The notes beneath the pieces are model-generated. The model was given only the letters and a program-made list of their open reading frames with translations. It searched no databases and had not been told where the DNA came from. From Myxococcota bacterium (GTDB lineage: Bacteria; Myxococcota_A; UBA796; UBA2385): a DNA stretch of 64,000 bases. Shown one piece after another: positions 48,101 to 56,627 of this stretch. Positions within the stretch are counted from its first letter, which is position 1. Each line of letters begins with the position of its first letter. The stretch covers positions 288,001 to 352,000 of the forward strand of contig JBIJDH010000004.1 in assembly GCA_044344255.1 (NCBI GenBank). The letters run 5' to 3'. A program made the translations under genes and the position numbers.

Positions 48101-48343
48101 GAAGTTCATCGACTCATGGCGCTTCTCCCGCGCCATCTGCCGATAGGCCTCAGACTTGGACTCCGCGGGGAGATCCGACATCTTGAGGACCTTTCGTTCG
48201 TCCTTCTTCGGTTCGGCCTTTGCCTCGGTCTTGCCGGCGGCGGGCTGCTGGGCCTGTGCCTGGCCGACCTCCGACGACACCATCGGGGTGAGGACCCCGA
48301 GGGCAAGCAGGGCGACGAGGGGAACAACTGGGGAGCGCTTCAT
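45161..48343 (-). CDS. gltD: GltD/AgmU-like large periplasmic TPR protein
   Basis: Signal peptide; EMMLRLAELY.E, YKLAWCFYN, EALKDLV.FF, AANLILDS.N, ELNLYNE. Confidence 0.85.
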   Translation of the reverse strand: MKRSPVVPLVALLALGVLTPMVSSEVGQAQAQQPAAGKTEAKAEPKKDERKVLKMSDLPAESKSEAYRQMAREKRHESMNFLKDILANRAPQGTQKAEMMLRLAELYSEEGRDIRLDESARNQAAFDKCFNTKGCQPDKIVEDYTESRKWLDKAIKLYQQILQSYPQYQRADEATFYLASALQETGQKEPAVEQFTALVRTYPESAYVPDAYVNIGEFYFETNNAYKALMAYQKAARYKDSPQYAFATYKLAWCFYNVGEYGKAIDTMKSVVQFSMTQDAAAGDAGQKRRLSLQDEALKDLVRFFADAGEMDEAYVYFTKLGKKDLIKDMLTRLAATYFEQGKFEECIQTYRRLIAENPQGKDAPIYQNSIIEAYTKIGRREETLSEIERLRTTYGKSSAWARANSADQEAVKSATDYVEKNLRTVATNFHNDAKKMGTGKGAVESYALAYKAYSVYLQEFPEGKYTYDVRYAFGELLYKIKKFDEAWDQYMKVVALDPKGQHSMFCAESAIFAADEVVKADKNSKTAPDSKTDATPLGKWEQNLLTSLDQYSKLYPEDKKTRNIIYKSAYLLYNHNQFKEASDRFRIVIKMDPQSKEAEQAANLILDSFNLVQDWQNLKEVAKAFYDQQGLGSAGFKKEVYDVYERASFKLVEINFEKSKDQGAAADAYMAFYGEFPQSQVADLALNNASVYYNKLGQTGKSMSGRKTLIEKFPSSKFYKQQVADLGFDYESIADFGQAANWYEKLFSLDKEHPAAKDALYSAALFRRASGDWQGSIKDYQLFQTAYPADERNPNLTIGIAQIYEEQKKIDEASKIYFSFFTKPPAGATIEQVYFSRLRYGLNMEALGQGAKIDKHWKETLAAFQASKSKGENTGTAVEFIAQIMFKQAEGQYDAYMKMKISGPGGKSNTANTNKVLTKQLSDKAKALMEVEKTYVEIVKTGAGEWGLASLVKLGKAYENMSETLRTSYIPDYLSADQADLYKMGLEDKAYLQVEKSVTVYSEALKKAYELNLYNENTDFATRQLGTLRPDDFPVLVEELPKARFTAAAGVAQKFEEQP

Positions 48344-48426
48344 GGAAGCCTCTTCGGTGGTCAGCGGCCGCCTGCCTGGCAGACGGCCTCACTGGGTCGA
48401 TAAGCGGCGATGAGAGGAGGGGGCCT

Positions 48427-50298
48427 CTACTTACAGGAGCTCTGCTCGGTGTAGTGGTAGTAGCCGAGCTCGTCCGACCAGAATTCACCATTGAACGGCC
48501 AGTAGATGAAGTCAGTGGCCGTGGCGAAGTCGAGGTCAGTGCTCTTCAGGGACTCGTTGATGTCCCCGGACTGCGCCTTGTACACGTAGTCGACGCGCTG
48601 GGCGTCCACGACCTCGAAGCGCACGATCTCGGACTGCGTGAGCAGGTCGTCCACCGTGTTGGCCTGTCGTGCCATCTCCTTGAGGAGGAGCAGACCAGCC
48701 CGCTTCTTGTACTTCTGGCGATCGGCCTCGATGATCTTCTGCAGGTAGGGCCCGAGCTGGTCTCGCCACTTCGGGTTCTGCTTGTCGATCACCGCGAGCT
48801 CCTCTTCCATCACGTCCATGTGGCGGACGATCCCGGAGAGGTCCTTGTTCTGGAGCACCCTGTTGAAGAGGGTCTTCGGCAGCACGGAGTCGCGCTTGCC
48901 CTCCTTGCCGAAGTAGGCGTCCCAGGCCTCGTCCGAGAGCTTTCGGGTCTCTTCGGAAGAGTATGCCTTGACGAAGTCACGCATCTCGGCGCGCATCGGC
49001 CGATGTTCGTTCTCGAACTTCAGCAGGATCTTCTCCACCTCTTTGTATTCGCAGAGGTTGAAGAAGGTGAGCGCGCGGAGCAGCGTGGCTTCGGGGAGCC
49101 ACTGCTCATCAACATAGAAGGGGCTCTTCACCGTCAACAGCTGCCCGAGGGTGTCGTTGAGGTTGTTGCGCATGAAGTTGGCCCAAGCGTTCTCGAAGAG
49201 CGCCTCGGGCCAGTATTCGCTGTCGCGAGAGACGAGGTCGTAGTACTTGCCGGCCTCGTCGTACCGCTCGATCCCGTAATAGATACGCGCCACGTTGATG
49301 AGCGCTAGGTCCTTGAGCTCCTCGACCTCGCGGAGGTAGCGGGTGTCGTTGTAGACCTCCACGTCCTCGCGGTACACGTCGCGGAAGGAGCGAACCGCGC
49401 TCTTCAGCTTGCCCTGCTGGTGGTAGATGACCCCTCGGAAATACTCGCTCTTGAGGTAGAGCGGAGACTTCGTGGACACCTGACCGAAGAACTTTCGGGC
49501 GTCCGAGAGGTTGTCGTCGTCGTAGGCTCGCACGCCGAGCAAGTAGTACAGGTGGTTCTTGGCGTCGCGCGGGAAGGCGTCGGGAGGGATCTTGGAGACG
49601 ATCTTCTGCAGCTCGGTGTCATCGCCGGTGTACCGGGCGATCTTCACCAGCTTCGGCAGCGCATAGTTGAAGTAGGGGTTTGATGTGCCCTTCTTCACGA
49701 CCTGCAGATAGTGGTACTGGGCTGTGTGGTACATCTCGAGGTCTTCGAGACATCGGCCCAGGTAGTAGTTGATCTTCGTCTCCTGCTCAGGGTACTGGCC
49801 CTCCTGGATGAGACGATAGAGGATGGCCGAAGCAGTGAGGGGCTTCTTGGCCCTGAACTGCTTGATGGCCATCTTGATGTCGCCCGGCTCGTCGCCGTCT
49901 TCGGCGCCCTGCTCGGGGAGATCCTCAACCTTCTTCTTCGACCGACTGCCGAGGCTGTCCTCATCGTCGTCGATGCCGGACTTCGAGTCTTCGGGGACGG
50001 CCTTTCCGGCGGACTTGGTGGCCGGCTTGGTGGCCGGCGTCCCGGCGTCGTCCGAGGCCATCATCGCCTTCGCTTGGCTGATGACCGCTGCGGGCGCGCC
50101 CTTGTCGGTGAGGCACTTCACATCGGCTGAGGTGAACTGGTCCCCGGAGTCCTTCATCGTCATCACGACGATGTTGGTGGGGACGTTCACCTCGACCATG
50201 TTCATCACCTCGTCACAGGAGATGGCCCATGCGGGGGTGGAGACGAGGCCTGAGAGCGCCACGACGGAGAGCGGGAGGATGCGTGCGACGTGCTTCAT
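48427..50298 (-). CDS. gltC: GltC-like periplasmic TPR protein
   Basis: W.EALFE.AWA.F, LGQLLT..SPF, C-terminal YWPFNGEFW.DELGYY.Y...S.C. Confidence 0.85.
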   Translation of the reverse strand: MKHVARILPLSVVALSGLVSTPAWAISCDEVMNMVEVNVPTNIVVMTMKDSGDQFTSADVKCLTDKGAPAAVISQAKAMMASDDAGTPATKPATKSAGKAVPEDSKSGIDDDEDSLGSRSKKKVEDLPEQGAEDGDEPGDIKMAIKQFRAKKPLTASAILYRLIQEGQYPEQETKINYYLGRCLEDLEMYHTAQYHYLQVVKKGTSNPYFNYALPKLVKIARYTGDDTELQKIVSKIPPDAFPRDAKNHLYYLLGVRAYDDDNLSDARKFFGQVSTKSPLYLKSEYFRGVIYHQQGKLKSAVRSFRDVYREDVEVYNDTRYLREVEELKDLALINVARIYYGIERYDEAGKYYDLVSRDSEYWPEALFENAWANFMRNNLNDTLGQLLTVKSPFYVDEQWLPEATLLRALTFFNLCEYKEVEKILLKFENEHRPMRAEMRDFVKAYSSEETRKLSDEAWDAYFGKEGKRDSVLPKTLFNRVLQNKDLSGIVRHMDVMEEELAVIDKQNPKWRDQLGPYLQKIIEADRQKYKKRAGLLLLKEMARQANTVDDLLTQSEIVRFEVVDAQRVDYVYKAQSGDINESLKSTDLDFATATDFIYWPFNGEFWSDELGYYHYTEQSSCK

Positions 50299-50385
50299 GA
50301 CGGGGGGCTCCGACGGTGCCGGTGGAGCGCCAAGTGAGCCTTTGCTCTTTCTTGACTACTCCCCGCGGCGAAGGTTCCCTGGGTC

Positions 50386-51282
50386 TCAGGACTTGATGTT
50401 GGGGAAGAAGAAGGAAGCGCCGGCCTGCAGGATGAAGTTGTTCTTCATCTCGAGCGTGGTGGAGTTCACCGTCTCGATGTAGACCAGGGACTTGCCCTCG
50501 ATGCGGGCGGCAAAGTTTTCGCCGAAGATGATCCGCAGACCACCGCCGTAGCTGGTTGTCGGCTGGTTCTGCTCTTGTGTGGCCTGGGCCCGCGGGTCTC
50601 CCTCGGCCTGGAGGGCCGTGAGGTCATCCGACGTGTGGGCGATGCCCATGCCGAAGGAGCCGAAGATGTCGAAGTTCACGATCTGCCGGCCGACCACCGC
50701 CACCTTCCCGTAGATGGGCGAGAACTGAAAGTTCGCCGATCCGAAGTAGGTGAGCTTGGAGATGTCCGGCGAGACGTGATTCTCGTCCACGAGCTGGTGG
50801 GTGAGCGGCTTCCAGTCACTGTCGCCGAGGTCGGGGGCGAAGTCGAAGCTGCCCTCCACCGCGAAGATCTCGGTGAGGTGGTACGCACCATTCACTCCGA
50901 AGATGTACCGGTTGAGGAACGGGTCATTCGCCACGAAGGCCGCGTGGGGGCCAACCTCCGCTCGGCCGAGCTTGAGGAAGGTCTTCCGCTGAATCGTCTT
51001 GATGACCCGCTTCTTCTTGGTCTCGTCTTCGACGACCAGGACGTCTTCCTTCCGTGCGCCGACGTTGTCCCCGATGTCGCCGCTCTTGACGGCGTCGGTC
51101 TCGGACTTCACCGAGTCTTCCTCCTCGGTCGGGCCGAGGATGTCCTTCATGTCGTCGTCACCGCTGTCCTCCGAATCTCCCTCTGCTTGCGCGAGGGCGG
51201 AGTCGGAGAGGGTGTCGTCTGCGAGAGCCGGGGCGGAGGCCGCGATGGCCGCGAGTCCGCAGAGCAGAGTGGAGATGCGCAT
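50386..51282 (-). CDS. GltA/GltB-like outer-membrane beta-barrel
   Basis: IKTIQRKTFLK.GR.E, NDPF, YHLTE, FSPIYGK, FD.FG..G.G, GASFFFP. Confidence 0.85.
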   Translation of the reverse strand: MRISTLLCGLAAIAASAPALADDTLSDSALAQAEGDSEDSGDDDMKDILGPTEEEDSVKSETDAVKSGDIGDNVGARKEDVLVVEDETKKKRVIKTIQRKTFLKLGRAEVGPHAAFVANDPFLNRYIFGVNGAYHLTEIFAVEGSFDFAPDLGDSDWKPLTHQLVDENHVSPDISKLTYFGSANFQFSPIYGKVAVVGRQIVNFDIFGSFGMGIAHTSDDLTALQAEGDPRAQATQEQNQPTTSYGGGLRIIFGENFAARIEGKSLVYIETVNSTTLEMKNNFILQAGASFFFPNIKS

Positions 51283-51310
51283 TCCGCTGGTCCTCAGGCG
51301 AAGGTCTTGT

Positions 51311-52135
51311 TCAGAAGTTGTAGATGCGCGGCTTCATCTTCGGGAAGAAGACGCTGACGCCCACAGAGGCCACGAGGTTGTTGTAGAGGCGAGACTCGGT
51401 CACCTCTTTATTGGCGTCGTACTGGGGCTTCTTGTCAACGTACAGGTAGTTTCGCACGTCGAACTTGAGCGCCAGAGAGCTGCTCAGGAAGAAGTCGAAG
51501 CCGATGCCGAGGTTCACCGGGACGGCGGCCTTGGTGCCGACGGGGGTGAGGCTGGTGGGAGGCGCCCCACCGACCGATGCGGCTTCGTCGTAGACCGCGT
51601 AGTACTTGTTGACGGAGAGCAGGCCGAGGCCGGCGGTGCCGTAGAAGTCGAAGTTGAGCACCCGCTCGCCGATCAGGTTGATCTTGCCGTACACGGGGGC
51701 CCACCGCGCCGCGAAGGTTGCGCCCAGGCTCATCTTGTCGATGGGCTGCTGGAACTGCACCTCTCCGGATCCCTCATGGGCGATGTTGACAAGGGTGTGC
51801 GTCAGGCCCTTGAGGTCGTTGTTGCCGAGGTCGGGGGAGTAGAGGATCGCTCCTTCCGCCGCGAATTGTTCGGAGAAGTGGTATGCAGCGAGCACTCCGC
51901 CGACATACCGCTTGGCCATGGGGTTGTTTGGGACGTAGCCGAGCACCGGTGCGAGCTCGAACCGGCCCTCCTTCAGGAAGAACCGGTTGGCGATGGCCTG
52001 GTGGTGCTTCTTGCTGTCGTTGAGCTCGCTCAGGGCCGTTCGGGCCGGCTTCGTTCCAGCGTGGGCCGGTGTCGCCGCAGTCAACAGGCCGAACAGGGCC
52101 AGGAGCGGGGCGACCAGCTTCAGGGCAGCGCGCAT
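51311..52135 (-). CDS. GltA/GltB-like outer-membrane beta-barrel (second paralog)
   Basis: AIANRFFLKEGRFELAP, NNP, YHFSE, WAPVYGK, FDFYG..GLG, GVSVFFP; visibly paralogous to its neighbour. Confidence 0.85.
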   Translation of the reverse strand: MRAALKLVAPLLALFGLLTAATPAHAGTKPARTALSELNDSKKHHQAIANRFFLKEGRFELAPVLGYVPNNPMAKRYVGGVLAAYHFSEQFAAEGAILYSPDLGNNDLKGLTHTLVNIAHEGSGEVQFQQPIDKMSLGATFAARWAPVYGKINLIGERVLNFDFYGTAGLGLLSVNKYYAVYDEAASVGGAPPTSLTPVGTKAAVPVNLGIGFDFFLSSSLALKFDVRNYLYVDKKPQYDANKEVTESRLYNNLVASVGVSVFFPKMKPRIYNF

Positions 52136-52470
52136 GTACCGTTCTCCGAGGGGTCCAAGATGAGCAGGTGCGCTTGGGAGGCTTGAGGGGACCAGGGTTT
52201 GGAAGCCTGCGAGACTTCGTGCGTACGAGCCTTTTGGGGGGCTGGACTCACGGGTATGCGGGTTGATCTTCCGGGTTCCGGGCTTGCCGGTGCGGTTGCG
52301 GGTTCCGCTGGGGTGCGGCTCCAAGCTCCGAGGCCGGCCGAGTATAACGCAGAGATTCCGAGCAGGGGCGTTCACTTCGTCCTGACACTCTTTCAACAAC
52401 TCGGTTCCAGGAAGGGCACCTCCCCTCCTCCTGGGCGCCGTGCGGTACGATGGCGTACGGGGAGGGGTTC

Positions 52471-52884
52471 ATGCACGCGCTCCTGGTGCTCATGGGGTCG
52501 GTCACTGCCGCGTTTGCCGAAGCGCCGGTGCAAGTCACAGCTTCGGCCGAGCCGGAGCCCTTTGTTGAGGTCACGGCGTCGGTGTTGGACGTGTCCTTGC
52601 CGGCCTGCCGGGGCGTGGTCTGGGAGCGCTTCGACCCGGATGCGCGGGTCTTCCTCCCGATCAGCGCGTCGCCCTGCGCGGCGATGTCCCCCTCGACGCC
52701 CGTGGAGGCGGCGGCCCTCCGCTTCGCTCTGGATGGTGATCCACAGGGCTCGCAGGTGATCCGGGCGGTGGTCGTGGTCGGGCTGGGGTGCAGGAAGAAC
52801 GTCCCTTTCGAGCTGGCTGGTTGTAAGCAGGTCGTCTCGGTGAAGGGGCCGAACATCAACTTGAAGCGCCAGGGCTCGCGTTAG
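52471..52884 (+). CDS. Hypothetical secreted protein with four Cys
   Basis: -10-like TACGAT at 52446, GGAGG RBS, signal peptide MHALLVLMGSVTAAFA. Confidence 0.65.
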   Translation: MHALLVLMGSVTAAFAEAPVQVTASAEPEPFVEVTASVLDVSLPACRGVVWERFDPDARVFLPISASPCAAMSPSTPVEAAALRFALDGDPQGSQVIRAVVVVGLGCRKNVPFELAGCKQVVSVKGPNINLKRQGSR

Positions 52885-52942
52885 GTCAGGGAATTCGGGA
52901 GTGGCGTTGTTCGGGCCCTCGAGAGCGGCGTTGTTCATGGCC

Positions 52943-55639
52943 TCAGAAGTTGAATTCAGCCTGGAAGCCGGGGGAGGGCACGAAGGGTAAGCCGCGAATC
53001 CAGGTCTGCTCGGTGTAGTCGTAGTTGTAGAGGGTGAACTCCGGGTTGGTACCACGGGCCACGTTGAGGAGGTCGAGGAAGACCTCAAGCTGCCAGCGCT
53101 TGAAGGCGAAGAGCTTGTCCACTCGGGCGTCCAGCGCGAAGAAGTCGGGCATCCGAGACGAGTTGTAGGTGTCCGTCGCGTAGGGGAAGTAGAAGCTCTG
53201 ATCGACGTCGTAGACCCCGCCCGCGTAGGGTGTGTAGGGGTTGCCCGTCACGTACTGGACCTTGGCCGAGACCCCCCAGTCCCTCGGCAGCTCGTAGCCG
53301 GCGACCGTGACGAGGATGTGCGTCTGATCGAATTCGAAGGGGTACCAGGTGTCGGCGCCGGGCTGGCCGGTGGCGACCACCTGGCGCTCGTCTGCCACCC
53401 GGTCGGGGAAGTCGTTGCGCTCTGACTTGGACAGCGTGTAGCTGACCCAGCCGAAGAGGTGCTTCACGGGGGCCTGGCGGACGATCACCTCGAGGCCGTA
53501 GGCGCGGCCGATGCCCTCGTTGGTGAAGTAGGGGTCGGAGAGGTCGGTGAAGTCGGGGTTCTGGACGATCCGATCGCGCAGGTCCTTGTAGAACACCGAG
53601 CCGTCCGCCTGCAGGCCCGGGCGGATGATCTGCTCCCAGCCGAGCTCGGTGGAGAGCGCCTTCTCCATGTCCAGCTTGACCACGCCCTCGGGGCGCCAGG
53701 CCTCGAAGGGCTGGGGTGGCTGGTTGTACAGTCCGGCCCCGCCCTTCAACGTCCCTCCCTCGGTGACACGAAAGCGGGCGTTCAGGCGGGGGTCGAGGCC
53801 AAATGTGGTCAACATCGGCTCGTCCCGTGAGGAGTCGGTGATGACGACCGTGTCCATCCGGAGCCCGGGGACGATCAGCAGGCGGTCGCGGTCGCGGAGG
53901 GGGCGCAGCTCGGCGTCGACGTAGAGGTCGGGGCCCCAGCCGCCGCCCGCTCCGGACGTGACCCAGGGCTGCCGCTCGGCGAGGGGATCGTAGCTGCCGA
54001 GGCCGCTTGGATCGAAGGCGAGCTTGGCGTCGAAGTCGTAGAGCCCGCCGATGAAGTCGAACCCAGGGGTGATCGTAATAGCCGGGGTGGGTGCCCAGGC
54101 GAGCTCGGTGCGGAGCTCCAGCAACCACTGACCTTGATCGACCCGGAAGCTGTCGCCGAGGCCGAGGCTGACGCCGTCGAAGCCCACGGAGGGGGTGACG
54201 AGCAGGCGCAGGGTGTCGGTGAAGGGGTGCAGCCAGGACAGTCCGACCCGGTGTGTGCTGTAGGTGGTGCCGAGGTCACCCTGGGTGTCGGCGTCGGTGC
54301 CCTGTGCGTAGCCGTCGGGGGTGCTCACGAGGAGCTGGTCTTGAAAGCCGAAGATCAGGAACGACAGGCGATCGCGGCTGGCGTCGAGGCGGGAGAGCTT
54401 GAGCTGATAGTCGTACCAACGGGGCTTGACGACGAACTCGGGATCGGGGACGAAGTAGGGGATGATCGCGTCGATGTACGAGCGACGCCCTGCGACGGCG
54501 AGGCCCCAACCCTTGTCCTTGCCTACGCGCCCCTCGACCAGCACGCCCGTGTCGAGGGCGTCCGTGTTCCAGACCACGCGGTTTCGCTCGGGGAAGGTCG
54601 TCTTGGAGCGGACATCGACCACGCCGCCCATCGAGCGACCGTACTGCACGCCGTAGCCGCCAGGCAGGTAGTCCACCGCCTCGACGAGATCGGCATTGAA
54701 GACCGATGAATAGCCGCCGAGGTGATAGATGAGGGGGATGCGGATCCCGTCCACGTAGACGGCGGAGTCCTCGGGGTTGGCCCCGCGGATCACCAGCAGG
54801 CCGGTGCCGAGCGGCGCGCGTGCGGCGCCTGGGAGGTTCTGAATGACGCGGACGGGATCGCCGAAGGTGCCGGGGATGCGACGCACCTCGTCCATCGACA
54901 GCGTACGACGGGTGATGTCCGCCTCGGGCTTGCGGTACAGGCCGACGATCTCGTTGGCGTGGTAGTTCGCGTTTCGGATCCACAGGCGGAGATCGGTCAC
55001 CTGGCCCACGAGGATCTCGACGGTGCGGGTCTCCTCGACGTAGCCGATGGTGGCGGCGGTCACGGTGACGGTGCCCTCCGGCACGCCGCGGCAGGCCCAG
55101 CGGCCCTTGGCGTCGGTCGCGGTGTCGCAGACCGCGGTGCCCTTCGACACGACATGGACCGGCGCTCCGTCGACGGGCGCTCGGGTGCCCATCTCGATCA
55201 GGCTGCCCTCCAAGTTGACGGGCAGCTCCGCCACGGGCGGGAGGGGGGCCTCAGGGACCGCGTCCACATGGCCACGGGCGTCAGCGACGAAGCCGTAGTC
55301 GAACTCGATCGCCACCGGCACGGGGCCGGTCGCGTCCTCGGCCGGGCGGAAGCGGAACTGGCGGGCCGCCTCGAGGGCGGCTTCGTCAAAGCCTTCGCCG
55401 GCCGGCGCGATCAGCTCGACCTCGGTGACGAGCCCGAGGGCGTCGATGGTGATGAGCAGCTTCACCGTGCCCTCTCGCCCGGCGGCTCGTGCGGCCTCGG
55501 GGTAGGGGGCCTGCACGAATTGCAGCAGCTCGGGTTGGACGGTGAGGGGGAGGGGATCGGCGTCGGCCGTTGGGGAGGGAGCGGGAGGCTCGGTCGCACC
55601 GGCGAGCGGGGCCCAGAGCAGCGCGAGCAGGGGGATCAT
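52943..55639 (-). CDS. TonB-dependent receptor with N-terminal TonB-C and carboxypeptidase-regulatory-like domains
   Basis: YPEAARAAG.EG.V.L...ID..G.V...FDEAALEAARQFRFRPA; plug IPGTFGDPVRVIQNLPG; G.GRAYGLE; terminal AEFNF; ATG overlaps the upstream TGA. Confidence 0.92.
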   Translation of the reverse strand: MIPLLALLWAPLAGATEPPAPSPTADADPLPLTVQPELLQFVQAPYPEAARAAGREGTVKLLITIDALGLVTEVELIAPAGEGFDEAALEAARQFRFRPAEDATGPVPVAIEFDYGFVADARGHVDAVPEAPLPPVAELPVNLEGSLIEMGTRAPVDGAPVHVVSKGTAVCDTATDAKGRWACRGVPEGTVTVTAATIGYVEETRTVEILVGQVTDLRLWIRNANYHANEIVGLYRKPEADITRRTLSMDEVRRIPGTFGDPVRVIQNLPGAARAPLGTGLLVIRGANPEDSAVYVDGIRIPLIYHLGGYSSVFNADLVEAVDYLPGGYGVQYGRSMGGVVDVRSKTTFPERNRVVWNTDALDTGVLVEGRVGKDKGWGLAVAGRRSYIDAIIPYFVPDPEFVVKPRWYDYQLKLSRLDASRDRLSFLIFGFQDQLLVSTPDGYAQGTDADTQGDLGTTYSTHRVGLSWLHPFTDTLRLLVTPSVGFDGVSLGLGDSFRVDQGQWLLELRTELAWAPTPAITITPGFDFIGGLYDFDAKLAFDPSGLGSYDPLAERQPWVTSGAGGGWGPDLYVDAELRPLRDRDRLLIVPGLRMDTVVITDSSRDEPMLTTFGLDPRLNARFRVTEGGTLKGGAGLYNQPPQPFEAWRPEGVVKLDMEKALSTELGWEQIIRPGLQADGSVFYKDLRDRIVQNPDFTDLSDPYFTNEGIGRAYGLEVIVRQAPVKHLFGWVSYTLSKSERNDFPDRVADERQVVATGQPGADTWYPFEFDQTHILVTVAGYELPRDWGVSAKVQYVTGNPYTPYAGGVYDVDQSFYFPYATDTYNSSRMPDFFALDARVDKLFAFKRWQLEVFLDLLNVARGTNPEFTLYNYDYTEQTWIRGLPFVPSPGFQAEFNF

Positions 55640-56577
55640 CCCGGCACCTCGACGTGCAGGTAGCGCCAAGCCATCCCGCCGCGCCGATCCCTCATCAGGA
55701 CGAGGACGAGGCCGCTCCAAGGCGCCGAGGGCGCCGTCCAGACAACGCCGGAGGAAGGGTAGAGGCTGAAGGGCTGATCGAACTCGCCACCCTCGGTGTA
55801 CCAAGAGAAGTACGGCTCTTCGCTCCGCTCTTCGGCGCCGCCGCCTTCGTCGACGTACACGTAGCTCTCGAGGGAGGCCGGGGAGTACAGCGGGTCGATC
55901 TGGTATTGGCGGCCCGCCCGGACCTCGACGACCTCGGACTGATCGTCTACGATCTCGATGGATGCGTCTTCACTGCCCTTGGTACGGAGGGCGACCCGGA
56001 GGCCAAGGAGCTCGGGGTTGTGGTTCGGGGTGGTCGAGAGGCTGATCGGGACTCGCTTGTAGGCCAGCTCGATGTCGCCGTCGCTGTCAGCACCCTCGGG
56101 GATCACCGAGACGTTGATCAGGGCGCTCAGGCCCTCTTGAGCGGCAGCTTCGTCGAGGCCGTCGAGCGCGCCGACGGGGGCGGTCCACACGGGCGCGAAG
56201 AGCGGTTCGTAGCCGATGAGACCGGCGGCGACGAGCGTTTCGTTGAGCTCGGCGAGGTCTTCGTCGCTCAAGGTGGAGGGGTCGGCGCCGGCCAGCTGGT
56301 CCAACAGCCCGGGATCGGCGGTGCAGCCGAAGTCGTCGGCGGCCTCCGGGAGGCACGCGAACCATGCCGTCCCGGCGATGGAGGCCCCCTCCGGTTGGTA
56401 CACGAGCGAGGAGAAACGGATCACCTCCCCGGGGCGGGCCTCCGCCGGCTCGGCCCGGATCGCGAGCAGGCGCAGCCGGTCGAGCTGCCACTCTTGCGCC
56501 AGACCGTAGTCGCTGCAGCCGACACCCACCGAGAGGCTGAGCGCGAGGGCGACGGGAGCGAAGCGAGGTGCGGGCAT
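55636..56577 (-). CDS. Lipoprotein co-encoded with the TonB-dependent receptor
   Basis: Lipobox GVGC; LRLLAIRAEPAE, NHNP, SWY..GG.F, RDRRGG..W. Confidence 0.8.
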   Translation of the reverse strand: MPAPRFAPVALALSLSVGVGCSDYGLAQEWQLDRLRLLAIRAEPAEARPGEVIRFSSLVYQPEGASIAGTAWFACLPEAADDFGCTADPGLLDQLAGADPSTLSDEDLAELNETLVAAGLIGYEPLFAPVWTAPVGALDGLDEAAAQEGLSALINVSVIPEGADSDGDIELAYKRVPISLSTTPNHNPELLGLRVALRTKGSEDASIEIVDDQSEVVEVRAGRQYQIDPLYSPASLESYVYVDEGGGAEERSEEPYFSWYTEGGEFDQPFSLYPSSGVVWTAPSAPWSGLVLVLMRDRRGGMAWRYLHVEVPG

Positions 56578-56627
56578 GGAGGCCGAAGACGGAGGGGTGG
56601 GGCCACGACCCCGCGGGGTCCCGGGCG

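Noticed and set aside
43000..52200. Visibly lower GC across the glt-like cluster as a sign of horizontal transfer
   Set aside because: Explained by Lys/Tyr/Asn/Phe-rich proteins; third codon positions remain G/C-rich and I see no mobility genes or flanking repeats. Not quantified.
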